From Octopus sinensis (Eukaryota): DNA of 64,000 nucleotides. This document shows positions 13,737 through 26,860 of the stretch, piece after piece (position 1 is the stretch's first letter; every line of letters begins with the position of its first letter). The notes below the pieces were generated by a model. That model ran no database searches. It worked only from the letters and a program-made list of their open reading frames with translations, and was not told the origin of the DNA. The translations under genes and the position numbers were made by a program. The DNA is taken from the NCBI RefSeq assembly GCF_006345805.1, contig NC_043010.1, positions 59,396,001 through 59,460,000 on the forward strand. The letters run 5' to 3'.

Positions 13737-14869
13737 GTACTAACTATTGAAATGAAAGAGAAAATTGAGAAAGAGTACATCAGAAGGGTAAGGAAGGTAA
13801 TGAAGCTGAAGCTAAATGGCCTGAATCTAGTGGAGGCTGTAAATACTTGGGCAGTATCACTACTTAGATATTCAGCAGTATTTGTACATAGCAGACATGA
13901 GGAGTTAACTAGAGTCGATATAGCCTCCTGTGTGGGTAATAGTGAGGAAATTTTGTCAAGAGTTGCTAGAATAACAGTAGAAGATAAAGAAATCAAAAAG
14001 CTAAATGAGGTTAAAAAATAGAAAAAAGAAGTAAGATTATCTGACTGACAAGAGAAGTCCCTGCATGGTCGATTTCCAAAGAGAGTGGCAGAAAATAGTA
14101 ATAGTGAGACATGGTTGTGGTTGCAGAAAGGAAGGCTGAAAAAGGAGGCAGAAAGTTTGTAAGTATCAGCACAGGATCAAGCATTAAAGACTAATTGAAT
14201 AAGAGCCAAGATAGACAAAAATCAGGTCGATTCCCAATGTAGATTATGTAAATTAAAGGAGGTTATAGTTAGTGAATGTAGTATGAAAGAATACAAGAAA
14301 ACATGACAAACTAGAGAGAGTAATCCACTGGGAGTTGAGCAGAAAGCTAGGACTTTATTACACTGGTAAGTGGTATGAACATAAACCTGGTAAAGTGCCA
14401 GAAAGAAAGAAATATAAGATGTGGGATTTTAACATTCAGACAGACAAAGTATTAGCAACTAGATAGCCTGAAGAGAATAGAAAGTGCCAGTACTTGACTT
14501 TACAGTCCTAAGTCAATATGAGAAGTGTAGAAAAAATAGCAAAGTACCAGGAGCCAGCCATTTTGTTACAGAGGTTATGGAAAGTGCAGGTAAAATGTAT
14601 CCCTGTAGTTAAAGATGCATTAGGAATTATTCCTAAAGATTTGAACAGTTGAATAGAGGAAATAGGTATAAAATCTAGTTTAGTGCAGCTCCAGAAAATA
14701 GTATTATTCAGCAAAGTGAGGACACTTAGGAAGATTCTTGACATCTAAAGTTACTTGTTGTAGGATTCTAACTTGATGTTAGGAAAGTTTTTCCAACAAT
14801 CTAATCTGTTGTGTGTATATGAAGTAGTAGTAATAATAATAATAATAATAATGTACAGACCAGACCATT

Positions 14870-15028
14870 AACAACAATGGTTGTGTGGTAAGAAGCTTGC
14901 TTCCCAATCACATGGTTCCAGGTTCAGTCCCACTGCGTGGCACTTTGGGCAAATGTCTTCTACTATAGTCTTGGGCTGACCAAAGCCTTGTGAGTGGATT
15001 TGGTAGACAGAAACTGAAGGAAGCCCAT

Positions 15029-15113
<85 letters not shown>

Positions 15114-15305
15114 CCCCTCACCATTGCTTGACAACCGATGTTGGTGTGTTTATGTTCCCATAACTTAGCAGTTTGGCAAAAGAGACCTATAGAATAAGGA
15201 CAAGGCTTACAAAGAATAAGTCCTGGGGCTGATTTGTTTGACTAAAGGTGGTGCCTCAGCATGGCCACAGTCAAATGACTGAAACAAATAAAAGAATAAA
15301 AGAAT
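14870..15305 (+). mobile_element. tRNA-headed SINE family A with internal (TA)/(TG) tract
   Basis: TGGTTGTGTGGTAAG...GGTTCAGTCCCAC...GTGAGTGGATTTGGTAGACAGAAACTGAA...AAATGACTGAAACAA; many copies in the window. Confidence 0.85.
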
Positions 15306-15309
15306 ATTG

Positions 15310-15724
15310 TTGTGAAAGACCAAAATAATAAAGTCTGTTTATTAATTGACATGAGCACACCCTGTGATCATAATATCTTGGCAAGAGAATTTGATAAGCT
15401 CAGGAAATATAAAGATTTGCTAATTGAAATTGAAAAGATGTGGCATCTCAAGACAGTTGCAATAACAGTGATTGTAGGAGCACTGAGAAGAGCAATGTCG
15501 CTGTGAATTTTCTTTCCTATTTTCCCCTTTAGTTTCTTTGTTTACATTTTAATTTTTAATTTTTTCTCTCTATCTTTCTTCCTATTTTCTCTGTCACATG
15601 ACTTTGTAAATGGACAATCTGGTGTGTTTATTTTAATGGCCTACCAATGTATACAGTGAGTTTCTCTGCCCTAGGTGTTGGGAAGACACTTGGCAAGAAA
15701 TGGGAACGGAATTGAAAGGAGATG

Positions 15725-15770
<46 letters not shown>
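15310..15770 (+). mobile_element. R4/Dong-like LINE 3' fragment (RLE endonuclease) ending in (AAT)n
   Basis: CLLIDMSTPCDHNI...KYKDLLIEIEKMW...VIVGALR. Confidence 0.75.
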
Positions 15771-15772
<2 letters not shown>

Positions 15773-16079
15773 TAATGGTTTTTAAGTCAGAAATTTGAAG
15801 AGAAGGGAATAAACGATGGCACTGACTCCAGTGCTTGACTGGTCCTAGTACTTATTGGCCTCAGAAGAATAAAAGACAAGTTGATCCAAGCCAGAATATG
15901 ATAATAATAGTTGTTTTGAACATGAGCAAAAGGACTGAAATTTAAAGGAAAGGTTTAGTCATTTATATTGACCCCACTACTTAACTGGTACTATATTTTT
16001 CGGCCCACGAATGAAGAAAGCCAAAGTTGACTTCAGCTCATATATGGTAAAACATACAAAAAAATAGCATGAAAATAAA

Positions 16080-16410
16080 ATTATAAAATATACTGGCGAG
16101 AAAAACCACAACATGGTCAATATCTTGCAAGGTTCAATAAAGAAGTAAGCCAAAGTGGAAGTCAACAATGGCACCAGTGTCCCAGCCTAAAAGCAGAAAC
16201 AGGAGGGCTGATCCTTGCTGGGCCACAAACAAACGTAAAAAATAAAATCATGGAAACAGATCCTAACATCAAATGTAGGATGTGCAACCAAAACAACAAG
16301 GCAATTGACCACATCCTCTGCAGTTGCCCAGTCCTTGCTAAATCTGAGTATATATATACAGGCATGATTGTGTCGACAGTTACATCCTCTGGGCAATATA
16401 TCTATACATC
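16080..16410 (+). mobile_element. R4-like LINE fragment (CCHC knuckle)
   Basis: LKAETGGLILA, CRMC...HILCSC. Confidence 0.65.
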
Positions 16411-16589
16411 AGGGGTACTGCTTGCATCTTAAGAAAAAGCACAGTCAACCTGAAAGCATCTGGTTCTCTTAAGATGGAAAATATTACAAATTTAACAGAC
16501 TCTTAATTCTTAGAATCTAGTTTCTTTTCCCTTCACTGGCACTCATCTTGTCAGGATACAGAATAGCACTTTCTCAAAAAAGATACAAG

Positions 16590-17230
16590 TAGCGCCATGA
16601 TATATGCTTGCAACACTTATGCCCTGGAGCGGGAAAGGCTGAAAAGACATCATCATCAAGGGAAAGCAACAGCGGCAATTAAGTTCATGAAAGAAGAAGA
16701 GGAGTGAGTAAAAATGACACACAGCTGGCAGCAGGGATCCCAACCATGGGATATGAAGTGGACCTAAGGGAGAGACTGCAGTTTGCCCAGGTTGTCCACA
16801 CAACCCTGAGGCCAGATGTGGTTTTGTGGTCTGATCTTAACTGAGGTCCATGAATGGAAGCAGGCCAAATATGGGAGCCTTCTGCAGGATTGCAGGGAGA
16901 AAGGATGGTAGGTGTGGCTTTTCCTGGTCGAGGTTGGCTGTAGGGAGTTCCCAGTTCAGTCAGCATAGAGGATGCTTACAACCACTGGAGTGAGACGAAA
17001 GGAGTGAAGTGTGACTGTGTGCAGGATGGGAGAGGCAGCTGAAAGAGCCTCTCATAGACTTTGGAGCTAGAGAGAGGAGTTAAGCTGGAAACCAGGAGGA
17101 GATGAAGAGCAGTGATTTGGCCAGCTCTGCTGACCCACCAACAAGAGGGTGGTACAGTTCAGGGTTGAAACACTCAATAAACATTGGATGCTGTCTGATG
17201 ATATCAGTTCCTCCTGGCCAAAGCTCCTTT
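16590..17230 (+). mobile_element. HERO-like RLE LINE 3' fragment
   Basis: VDLRERLQF...TTLRPDVVLWS, EVGCREFP, EAAERAS motifs read across frames. Confidence 0.65.
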
Positions 17231-17884
17231 CACTTTGGAAAAAGCACCTCCTTCTAGGTGTTATTAACATGCTAGTCATAAACAGCACCCATGGAAAAAC
17301 ATTCAATTTGTCTTTACTTGAGGTCTCTAGGTGAGACTTGGAACAGCTTCATATAAAACACAACAACAACAATCATAATAATAGTATCTGAAATCTTTAT
17401 ACAGTCAAATTGGAAATCACCTAAATTAGTGATTCCCAAACTGGGTAGTACTGTCTCCTTGGGGGGGGGGATCTAGTGGGTGTTGAAGTAAAATAGGGCA
17501 ATAATGGGGTAGTGAAAAGAAGGCGTTTGTTGGCAACACCCACCAACTGACTTTTGTCAGGTTTAGAAAATAGTGCTTAAAAATCGATCTGTACAAAGTT
17601 TGAAGTTGGTTTTCTTCTTAAAACAAGAACAAAAATAAAGGAAAAAATCCCGTAAAAGTTTACAGACAAAGTTGGCCATAAAATTCCCCAAAGAATTCCC
17701 AAGAAAGATATATTACTGACCAAAAGCTGTGTGAACAACAACAATAATGCAACAAGAGTAGTAGCAACAACAAAATTCAAAGGAAATACACACATTCAGT
17801 TCTTGGGATCTCATGATACATCATAAAGCTAAACCCTTTATGGATGGGCAACCTAAGGTAATCCCATAAACCGGCCTTTCCCAA

Positions 17885-17930
<46 letters not shown>

Positions 17931-19284
17931 CAAGAACTTATTTTTTAAAACTTGGTACATATTCTATCGATTTCTTTTGCCAAACCGCTAAGTTAAGGGG
18001 ACTTAAATACACACACCACCACCAGTTGTCTAGTGATGATAGGTGACAAAGGCACACACATACACACACACACAACAGGCTTCTTTCAGTTTCCCTCTAC
18101 CAAATCCACTCACAAGGCTTTGGTCAGCCCAAGGCTAGGGTAGAAGACGTGTCTAAAGTGCTACGTAGTGGTTCTGAATCCAATATATGTTACGTGTCTA
18201 TCTTATATAAATCTATATATTTTTGTTCATCCTCATATGTATGCCTACATTTATGTATTCACACACACACACACACAGAAAGAGAGAGAGAGAGGCTGGG
18301 TGGGGCTCGTTACTTTCACTAAACAAATTATTTACAATTTTAATTCCGATGTATTTCAAACAATTGTTGTCTTGAGTTTGTATTTTAAAGTAAAGGTAAG
18401 AGATTATTTCTTATTTTCCATAATCGGTATTTTGACTTTTGTTCTAAGTAAAGTTTGATTTTATCAAAATTATTAAAATCTCGTAACTTTTCAGTATCAG
18501 ACAAACTTTACAATTTCTCTTTGTATATTTACTTTAAACATAGACGTCAATCAATAGACTCCTACAATGGTTAAATTAAGTCATTATAAATATAGATTCA
18601 TATATATATTTTTGGAATTTGTGGAGTATTCAGTTGGAACTCATCATTTTACCAAACCGATTTCTTTGATTTTCTGTGCTTTCAACAATTTTCTCAAAAT
18701 TATATTTTAGAAACTCTATCATTACAAATTTTCTTAAAAGAAGGTATTTAATTTTATATTTGTCAGACTTCCAGAATAGCTGTCTTACATAAATCGGAAT
18801 TTCTGGGAATTTTTCAGCATTTTCCCACATTTCATGAATATCCCATGTTTCAAATTACTCATGAGCAGAGTTTCTTTAAAATAAAACTTTTTAATCCGTA
18901 TTTTTCCAAATGTCTATCCACTTACCACGAACATAGTAAGAGGAGAGGAGGATGGCGGGCGGGGGGGGGGGGGGGTCCACCCCAGGCGGCACTTTTAATG
19001 GGGCGCTACTTTTGGGTCTTCTGTAGGCAATATGCGTTTTTTTTGTGGGGTCCAAATGCAGCAAATGAAAGGGCCACCCCAGGTGGCACACACTATAGCT
19101 ATGCTAGTGCCCCTCACCCATCATCACCACTATGTTTTGTTTAAAATACCTGTCTGGATGATTCCTAGTTATCCATGTTGAAACAGGCATAGAAACCAGG
19201 CAGTTCTTCAACTGGCCAGCTCCTGTCAAACTGTCCAACTCATACCAGCATGAAAAACGGACATTAAATGATGATGATGATTTT

Positions 19285-21900
19285 TCAAGAAATCTCAAAG
19301 CATTTATTATAAGGAGTGTAGTTTCCCTTTCTGGATATCTCTATTTCCAGATTTTCATATTTGTTTAATTTTCTCATTTCTTATAGAGATGTATATCATC
19401 TTTTGGGACTGATATCTAATCCAAAGGTGCTTCCTTTCCTCGACAAAAATAGCCAACTAATTAGCCTTGATTCCACCATCTTTGTGTGCGTGTGTGTAGG
19501 GGCACATCCATGAATATAAACACTTTGTTATTCTATGAGACTTTTGTTGGTGTCTGTTTATTCTAACTCTTTTTTGCTGGAGTGTCATAATTCTGTTATG
19601 ACTTCCAGTATGAAAACCCTAACTCTGTTGATCTGGAGATGTGCTCTTTCTTTGCTAAGACTGAGCAACCAGATAGGATGTAACTAACAGTCTCTTCCCA
19701 GCCTCCACATACTCTATAGTTACTTAATGTATACATATTACCTGATTTTTGGGGGGGTTTCTGATTGAAAAGCTTTAACCCTGTGACCCAACCAAGAACC
19801 CTTCACTTTCAGCTGTGAGTCCAGTGCTTCTCAGTCAATGTTGTGATTTTTCTTTGTCTATTTGCTCCCTTTTCACTGTTTGCAGGTATCAGTCATGCAG
19901 CAGGTTTTCTTAGCATTGCTGTAGAATGGCATTCTGTAACAACATTTTTAGAGTCTAGTTTTTATTTCTCTATTGCTCAGTATGGATCTTTTTTTCTTTT
20001 TCTTTAAACTAAATGTCAATATTTGAGCCAAGAAGAAAGTTTATGTAGAAAGTACTTTTCTAAGAATATCAGGTGTTTGAAGCTGGGTATGATAATTTCA
20101 GGTGGGGTGATTGAACCCAACGTACCTGTAATAATTGATACGATTTTCAGTTATGCTGCTGAGCATCACACATCACATTTACCATTTCTACTTTTAATTC
20201 ATTAAACTTTGCAATTCTTTTCTGCTTTGCAACATTTTCTCTGAAAGAATTGCAATGTCCCTCATTGAAGTATTCTTATATTCCATGTCATGTATAATGT
20301 CTTTGAAGTCTGGTTATTCTGTTAGTCTGAGTGACAATACTCCATAGAATCTTTGCTATACTAGATTCATTCTGGTATGTGATTGTACCACTCATCTGAA
20401 GTGTTGTATCCATATTATCTACAAAGTGACCAATTTAAATTCAGATTGACCTTTCTCTGCTAATAGTCTACAATCTGCTACAGCATAATCGATATTTTAC
20501 ACTTGTTCATATTGCTTACATATGCTTAGCCACGGAAATAATATTTAGTGTTTGATCTTGAACAGCTATGAACAAATTGTTTCTCTCTTTCAATCTTCAC
20601 TCAAACTTGCTTCCCTCTTGATTCCTAATTTCTGACTTTCTTCCTACCTTTGTGTAACTATCCATGTAACTGCATTTCTTCTTAGACATCCTTTTGCAAT
20701 TTATTCTACAGATTTCTCTTCAAGTTTAACAAGTCATAATTCTTTTACTACAAGTATCACTGATAATGCTCTTTTTATTCCATAAATTATCACATTTTGC
20801 TATACAGTCTCCTCTTGAAGTTCAATACTAATTAAGTTCTAATTCTGTTACAACATATTTAAGTAGTTCTTCACCTTTTACAAGGTAAAAGCCTTCAATC
20901 TTCTTCCACACAATCAGAAATGTCAATAAGTTCTCTCTTCCAGACTTACCATTTTATGCATAAATGACTGATATTTGCCTTCCATCATAATCAGGGATTT
21001 TCATGTTTTTCCAATGCATCTACCTCATCTTTTCTCCATTTCGTATTCCTCCACTATTACATATGAAAGAGCACATCTCTCTCTCTCAGCTGTTTTTCTC
21101 TGGCCTACAAATACTGAGGAAAGGTATATTCACTAGGATCATACCCTCTCCCTGTTAAAAAAAATAATTACTGGAGAGTAACACCTCCCTTTCTACTCTC
21201 ACCTTCTCCTCCATCTGGATCTGGAGAAAGACAATGAAAACTTGGGCAAAGGGGAAAATGTCTCTTTTCATTGGTATATTTTTAGTTATTTATTATCTCC
21301 TCAAACAGGTTTTATGGTGCTTTCATGTGTCTGGCATATCAGCCTTTTACCTTCTATAATGACAGGCAGTTGGATACATTTTGGAGGTCTGCTTGGTGTA
21401 GAATCTTGTCCACATTATTGGTGTCTACCTAGATCAGAATTTCCGTTCTAATTTCAGGTCAATGCAATGTTTTACTTTTAGGATTTGTTCCTCTCAGTCC
21501 AGGACAATGTATGTCATCATTCACTAAATGTTCAACTTTTATGGCCACATCCAACACCTTCACTCATTAACTCATCTATGTAGAATTGAGGGTAAATTTG
21601 TCTCTCCTGCATCAGATAGTAGAGTGCCTCTGTGTATGAGTTTCTAAAAAGAGTCAAAATCCGCTGTCTCACAATCATGCATGAGTGACATTGCTTCATA
21701 TCTTTCTCGAGCACTTCTCTACTTAGTTATGTGTGACTTGTTTCATCCAAACAGCCCTTAACCATTGTGCACTGGTATTTCATCTTTCTCCTGGTAGTTT
21801 TCTCCAAAACTCTGCTACCCTCCCCTGTCATCTTTATGAAAGACCCCTTGAGCTTCTGTTGCGTTAGATGTGCTTTGGTTATTTTTGCCGTTCTTGCAAA
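19285..21900 (-). mobile_element. Decayed R4/Dong-like LINE
   Basis: Minus-strand remnants WRKDEVD, FIAVQDQ, EWYNHIP, ILW; 5' extent beyond ~21100 is uncertain. Confidence 0.55.
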
Positions 21901-21928
21901 GGAGTTAGCTTCTGCAGCCCTTTTGTTC

Positions 21929-21966
<38 letters not shown>

Positions 21967-22449
21967 ATGTTTGTAGTCACAATGAATATGGTAATAGTGA
22001 TGATGATGATGCTGATGACAGTATTGGTTTTTTTTACTGATGGTGAAGGTGTTGCTTGTTGGCAGGGAAAATGGCATTGCTAGTCATTATCAATACACTG
22101 GTGGCATCAACTGCTACAGTTTCTGCTACATTCTTGAAACATTGGTGATGAAGGCAGTGGCACTGATGTGGTTGTTGTTGTTGTTGTTGTTGCTATCACT
22201 GTTGATGGATGGATTACAGGTGTTCTTAATTTTCTACACACGCCATAGAAACTTTATGACTGAAAATATTAACTATTTGTTTTAATTGGTTTTTTTAATC
22301 TTAATTGATTTATTGATTATCATTAAATATAAATTATAAACAAAATTTGTTTGAATACATTTTGATATTGTTTCTGTTTGTTTTCTATTTTAGAAATTAT
22401 TGCAACCAAAACCCAATATCTTCAGTCGAGAGCAGTACTAAGCAGAAAT

Positions 22450-24816
22450 ATGTTTCTATCACTGTGTATAGTACTGTCACTCTTGCATGACTGTCTAACG
22501 ATAGATCTAACCTACCGAGTGCAAGAAGAGAAACCTTCAGGAACATACATTGCAGATATTGCTGCTGACTCAACTTTTTTGGACACTATCAAGTCATCAG
22601 AACAAAGTCTGATAACATTCAGTCAGTTGAAAGAAAAGTTAACACAACTGTTCAATGTTACAAAACAAGGAAAGCTTTACACAGCTCAAATACTGGACGC
22701 TGAGTCTTTGTGTACATATAACAAAAAATGTTTTAGAATAGTCAAAGTTGCAGTTCGAAAAACAAAAAGTTTCACAAAAATTTTGAAAATCAAAATAATA
22801 ATAGAAGATATCAATGATCATCAACCAGAGTTTCCTCTGGAACAAGTCAATATTAAGTTTTCAGAAACAGATATTCAAGGCACTGTAAAATCTCTACCAA
22901 ATGCAATAGACAGAGATCTTGGGTTTCAGAATTCACTTATAGAATATAAACTGAAGAAAAAAGAAGACGAGCCTTTTTCCTTATCTGTTTTCAAAAGAGC
23001 AGATGGCATCTCTTCCTTAAGGATTATTCTCGAGAAACCATTAAACAGAGAAATTCAAGATTCATTTACACTTAGTGTTATTGCCAAAGATGGAGGAACA
23101 CCACCAAAGCAGAGTGTATTAAATGTTGTAATCTCAGTTGAAGATGAGAATGATAACCAGCCTGTGTTTTCCAAACCTTTATACAACATTTCTCTAAAAT
23201 CCACTCATGAAAAAACAAAACCAGTTGTTGTGATATCCGCAACTGATTTAGATCTGGGTGAAAATGGGAAAATTTCTTACTATTTCAGTCCCAAAACGCC
23301 TGAAATTTCAAAAAAATACTTCCAATTAAATAAAGAGACTGGAGAGATATTTATGGTTTACAATTCTCAGTTGGATGGAATAACACTTTCTGAGTTATTT
23401 GTAGAAGCCAGAGATGGGGGTAGTCCACCTCTCAGTTCCATAGCAACTGTTTTAGTAAATGTTATTGACCAACACAACAACCCTCCAAATATTGATGTCA
23501 ACTTTATTTCTTCTCAAAATGATAACACAGCAACCATTCCTGAAGATATTAAAGTCGGTAGTTTCATTGCTTATGTGATGGTCACTGACAATGATGTGGG
23601 ACTTAATGGGCAGGTCAGTTGTGATATCAAACATGACAAATTTAAACTACGGTCAATGGGGTCTAAGGAATACAACTTAGTTCTTGAAAAGCCAATTGAT
23701 AGAGAGACACAAGACCATTACAAAATCACTCTCTCCTGTCAGGATAAAGGTCTACCTCCTCTCGTATCAACAGAAAATTTATCCATCCAAGTGACTGACA
23801 TTAATGATGTACAACCAAAATTTACCAAAGATACCTTCCAGTTTCTTACCTATGAAAATAAAGATAAAGACTTCCCTATTGGTTTTGTCAATGCCACTGA
23901 CCTTGATTTAGGACCAGGAGGTCAACTGACATATTTTTTATCAAACAAGGATAAGCCTTCACTTCCTTTTGTAATTACTAGCTATGGATTTATTTCAACT
24001 ACGATGTCATTGGACAGAGAGAAACATGATGTATATAAGTTCCAAGTGTTTGTGAAAGATAATGGAACGCCTTCTCTCAATGACACAGCAAATGTTGTGG
24101 TTGAAATTTTAGATCAAAATGATAATGCACCATTTTTCACCTTTCCTAGTGTTGACCCTTACAATCTAGATGTCCATTACTTTCCACGAGGTAAAAAAGA
24201 CATAACTGTTCTAAGAGCTTCTGACAGGGACAATGGAAACAATGCTTTCCTCACATATGGATTCTTTAAGGGCAATGACAAAAACCTGTTTGCAATAAAA
24301 CCTCATTCTGGTGTGGTGTCTTTTTCTCGTAAAGTTTACCTGGACGATGCAGGAGCATATGAGCTGGTGTTCCTTGTCAAAGACAGTGGTACACCGATGC
24401 AGTCAGCCACAACTACAGTTTCCCTGACACTCACTGTTAGCAATAAAACATCTCCAATGTTGACAGCTGTCCAGTTACAATCAGATAACTTCATTGATGT
24501 AACACTATTGATTATCATTGTTGCAGCAGCTGTAATAGTATTTGTTGTTATTGTTGTTTCTATTACGCTGTGTATTGTTAGGTGTGTTAAACATGGAACG
24601 ACTACAGTAAGAACAGGGAAGAAACCACCATACAACTCTGAAATGAGACAACTCCTAATCCAAACAAACAATCCAATTGGATTAATGAATTCTGAGAATC
24701 TAATCAGTAGAAATGTTCTTCCAAAACGAACAAAACATCAACTTTATCCTGAAAACTTAGCTCAGAACAAATACAAAGCACCAATTATAACAAGAAATAT
24801 TCTCAAGTCAGCACAG
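22450..24816 (+). CDS. Protocadherin, large coding exon: signal peptide, 6 cadherin (EC) repeats, TM helix, proximal cytoplasmic tail
   Basis: Within ORF 22378-24870; MFLSLCIVLSLLHDCLT signal; Ca-binding motifs DINDHQPEF, DENDNQPVF, DINDVQPKF, DQNDNAPFF, LDRE, AxDGGxPP; TM LLIIIVAAAVIVFVVIVVSITLCIV; acceptor TTTTCTATTTTAG| at 22393; donor CAG|GTAAAT at 24816/24817, phase 0. Confidence 0.95.
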
Positions 24817-25161
24817 GTAAATATTAATAACTACAGGTACAACATATTTAAATTTAATCACTTATGTTGAAGTTAATTCTTTTTAATATTAAATACAAAG
24901 TTTCTAATTTCCTGGACTTTTAAATTCTAAACAGTTTACATTTACAATATTTATAATTACACTATATTTTAATTGGTTCAATCTCTGATTATAATATGCT
25001 GCTTATATAAAAAATATAATAATAATTCATCTGAAACAAGTAATATATTTTAGAAATCTATAATGGATGTTGAAATAATTTCTGATAAATATATATATGT
25101 ATATAGCATAACTTCATTTCAGGTATCAACATTTAAGATTAGCTGAAACAGTTCTCATTAA

Positions 25162-25451
25162 TTCTGTTGTGTCTGGGGAGAGTCATTCTCTTTTTGTGTC
25201 TAATAATTTAACACACTCACCAGTAAAATTTCCACTCATTTCCTTCTTTATCTTTTTAAATTTTCATTGTGTCTTGCAACCTTTTCAGTAGCTGTTGACT
25301 TTCAAAGAAGGAAATGAGTGGAAATTTTACTGGTGAGTGTGTTAAATTATAAGGCACTAAAAGAGAATGACTTTCCCCAGACACAACAGAATATACTTCA
25401 ACACACAAACTCACATAAAGAATCTTGCAAACCAAATCCAAAAACGAAATA
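25162..25451. mobile_element. Intronic fold-back insertion of family H2
   Basis: Arms 25161-25249 and 25304-25392 are reverse complements; near-TSD AGTTCTCATTAA/AGTTCTCATAAA at 25150-25161 and 25452-25463; single copy of the same family at 37220-37355. Confidence 0.8.
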
Positions 25452-25594
25452 AGTTCTCATAAAGTTTTTTGACTTTATGACTTAGCTGCTAAGTTTTTAA
25501 CCAGAGGTGGCAATATCTGTGAATAATAAATGTCTCCATAATGAAATATGCTGTGTAGCCCCTTGGCAACCGAATAATATTGATCATATGTGGG

Positions 25595-25870
25595 TAGTGC
25601 AGGAATGTTACTTAGTAGTTAGCTCCTAATTATAAGATTTGATTCCTGGTAGCACATTGTGGTCTTGAGCAAGACCCTTTATTCACATTGCTCTAGTCCA
25701 CTCAGCTGGCAAAAATAAGTTGTAACTGTAATTCTCATTGAGAACCACGTCAAGGGTATGTGTGTCTGTGAAATGCTCAGCCACATGCCTGTTAATTTGA
25801 TGAGAAAGCTGTCCAATTGATCAGGTCAATTGTAACCCTTGTCTTCATAACCTACAGAGCGCCAGTTACC
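25595..25870 (+). mobile_element. SINE family C (decayed)
   Basis: CTTGAGCAAGACCCTTTATTCACATTGCTCTAGTCCACTCAGCTGG core as at 3260. Confidence 0.7.
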
Positions 25871-26063
25871 AGCTATATATGGCTGAACAAGATATTTCTG
25901 AATTTAGACTTGAGACTCTTTAATATATGAGGAGATATTAATAAAGCTCTCCCAGACATGGATTGCTTGCTTACCAAGATTGGTTTATCAAAGCAGTTTC
26001 TAAGAGAGAAGAGGTGGAGGTAGAAAAAAGAAACAAAAGAAGATTATAAAAGCAATTCTTTAC

Positions 26064-26440
26064 AGGTGCAAGAGTGGCTGTGTGGTAAGTAGCTTGCTTA
26101 CCAACCACATGGTTCTAGGTTCAGTCCCACTGTGTGGTACCTTGGGCAAGTGTCTTCTATAGCCTTGGGCTGACCAAAGCCTTGTGAGTGGATTTGGTAG
26201 ACAGAAACTGAAAGAAGCCCATCGTATATATATATATGTATTTGTTTGTGTGTGTATGTTTGTCCCATCAACATTGCTTGACAACCGATGCTGGTGTGTT
26301 TACGTCCCCATAGCTTAATGGTTCAGCAAAAGACACAAATAGAATAAGTACTAGGCTTACAAAGAATAAGTCCTGCTTGACTAAAGGTAGTGCTCCAGCA
26401 TGGTCGCAGTTAAATGACAGAAACAAGTAAAAAAAAAAAA
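26064..26440 (+). mobile_element. SINE family A (intronic)
   Basis: full-length match to 40231-40802. Confidence 0.85.
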
Positions 26441-26860
26441 AGTAGCTGATGATTTATTTTGTGTAGAAATCTTCACCATTATACTGAAATCGTTGGAGTT
26501 TGTTAAGTCGAAAATTTTATATAATAGTTTAATTCATCTTAAAATGATCATAATTATGTGATAACTGTAATAAAGGCATTAGAAGACTCACTTGACTTAA
26601 TCATTCTGGAAAGTTTGAAATTAAAATTAAATAAAAACGAGACACAAAAATTTTATTTCAGTAAATAAAAAATAACAAAATCTCTCTTGATGTAATTAAT
26701 AATTTACTTTTACTTAAATTATATATCCATTTATTATCATGAGTGTATAACCTTAAAATGTCTTAACATAGATAAAAGAATTTTTAAACTCTTAAAAATC
26801 CTTAGTTGTGGTGATTCATTATTACCAAGGGTTGAATACAAATTGTCTTTCAGTGAATTA

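Larger units (their letters stand above)
12164..14830 (+). mobile_element. R4/Dong-like RLE LINE, 5'-truncated and decayed, with nested insertions
   Basis: MSNWKEPGPDLVQGYWLK, NYRPITCLP, KKAYDMIPH, FQGNSLSPL, HMDDLK, AVNTWAVSLLRYSA, AQDQAL, WYEHKP, WDFNIQTD; (AAT)n at both ends. Confidence 0.85.

Noticed and set aside
17160-17210. GAAA...CTGATGA in the HERO-like 3' UTR as a type II hammerhead
   Set aside because: No stem II pairing and no suitable stem III/UH geometry; CTGATGATATCAG folds on itself.
22378-22449. N-terminal extension of the protocadherin ORF from a TTG start
   Set aside because: It crosses a splice acceptor; the signal peptide begins at ATG 22450.
24817-24870. C-terminal VNINNYRYNIFKFNHLC of the ORF
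   Set aside because: Probably intron read-through after the CAG|GTAAAT donor.
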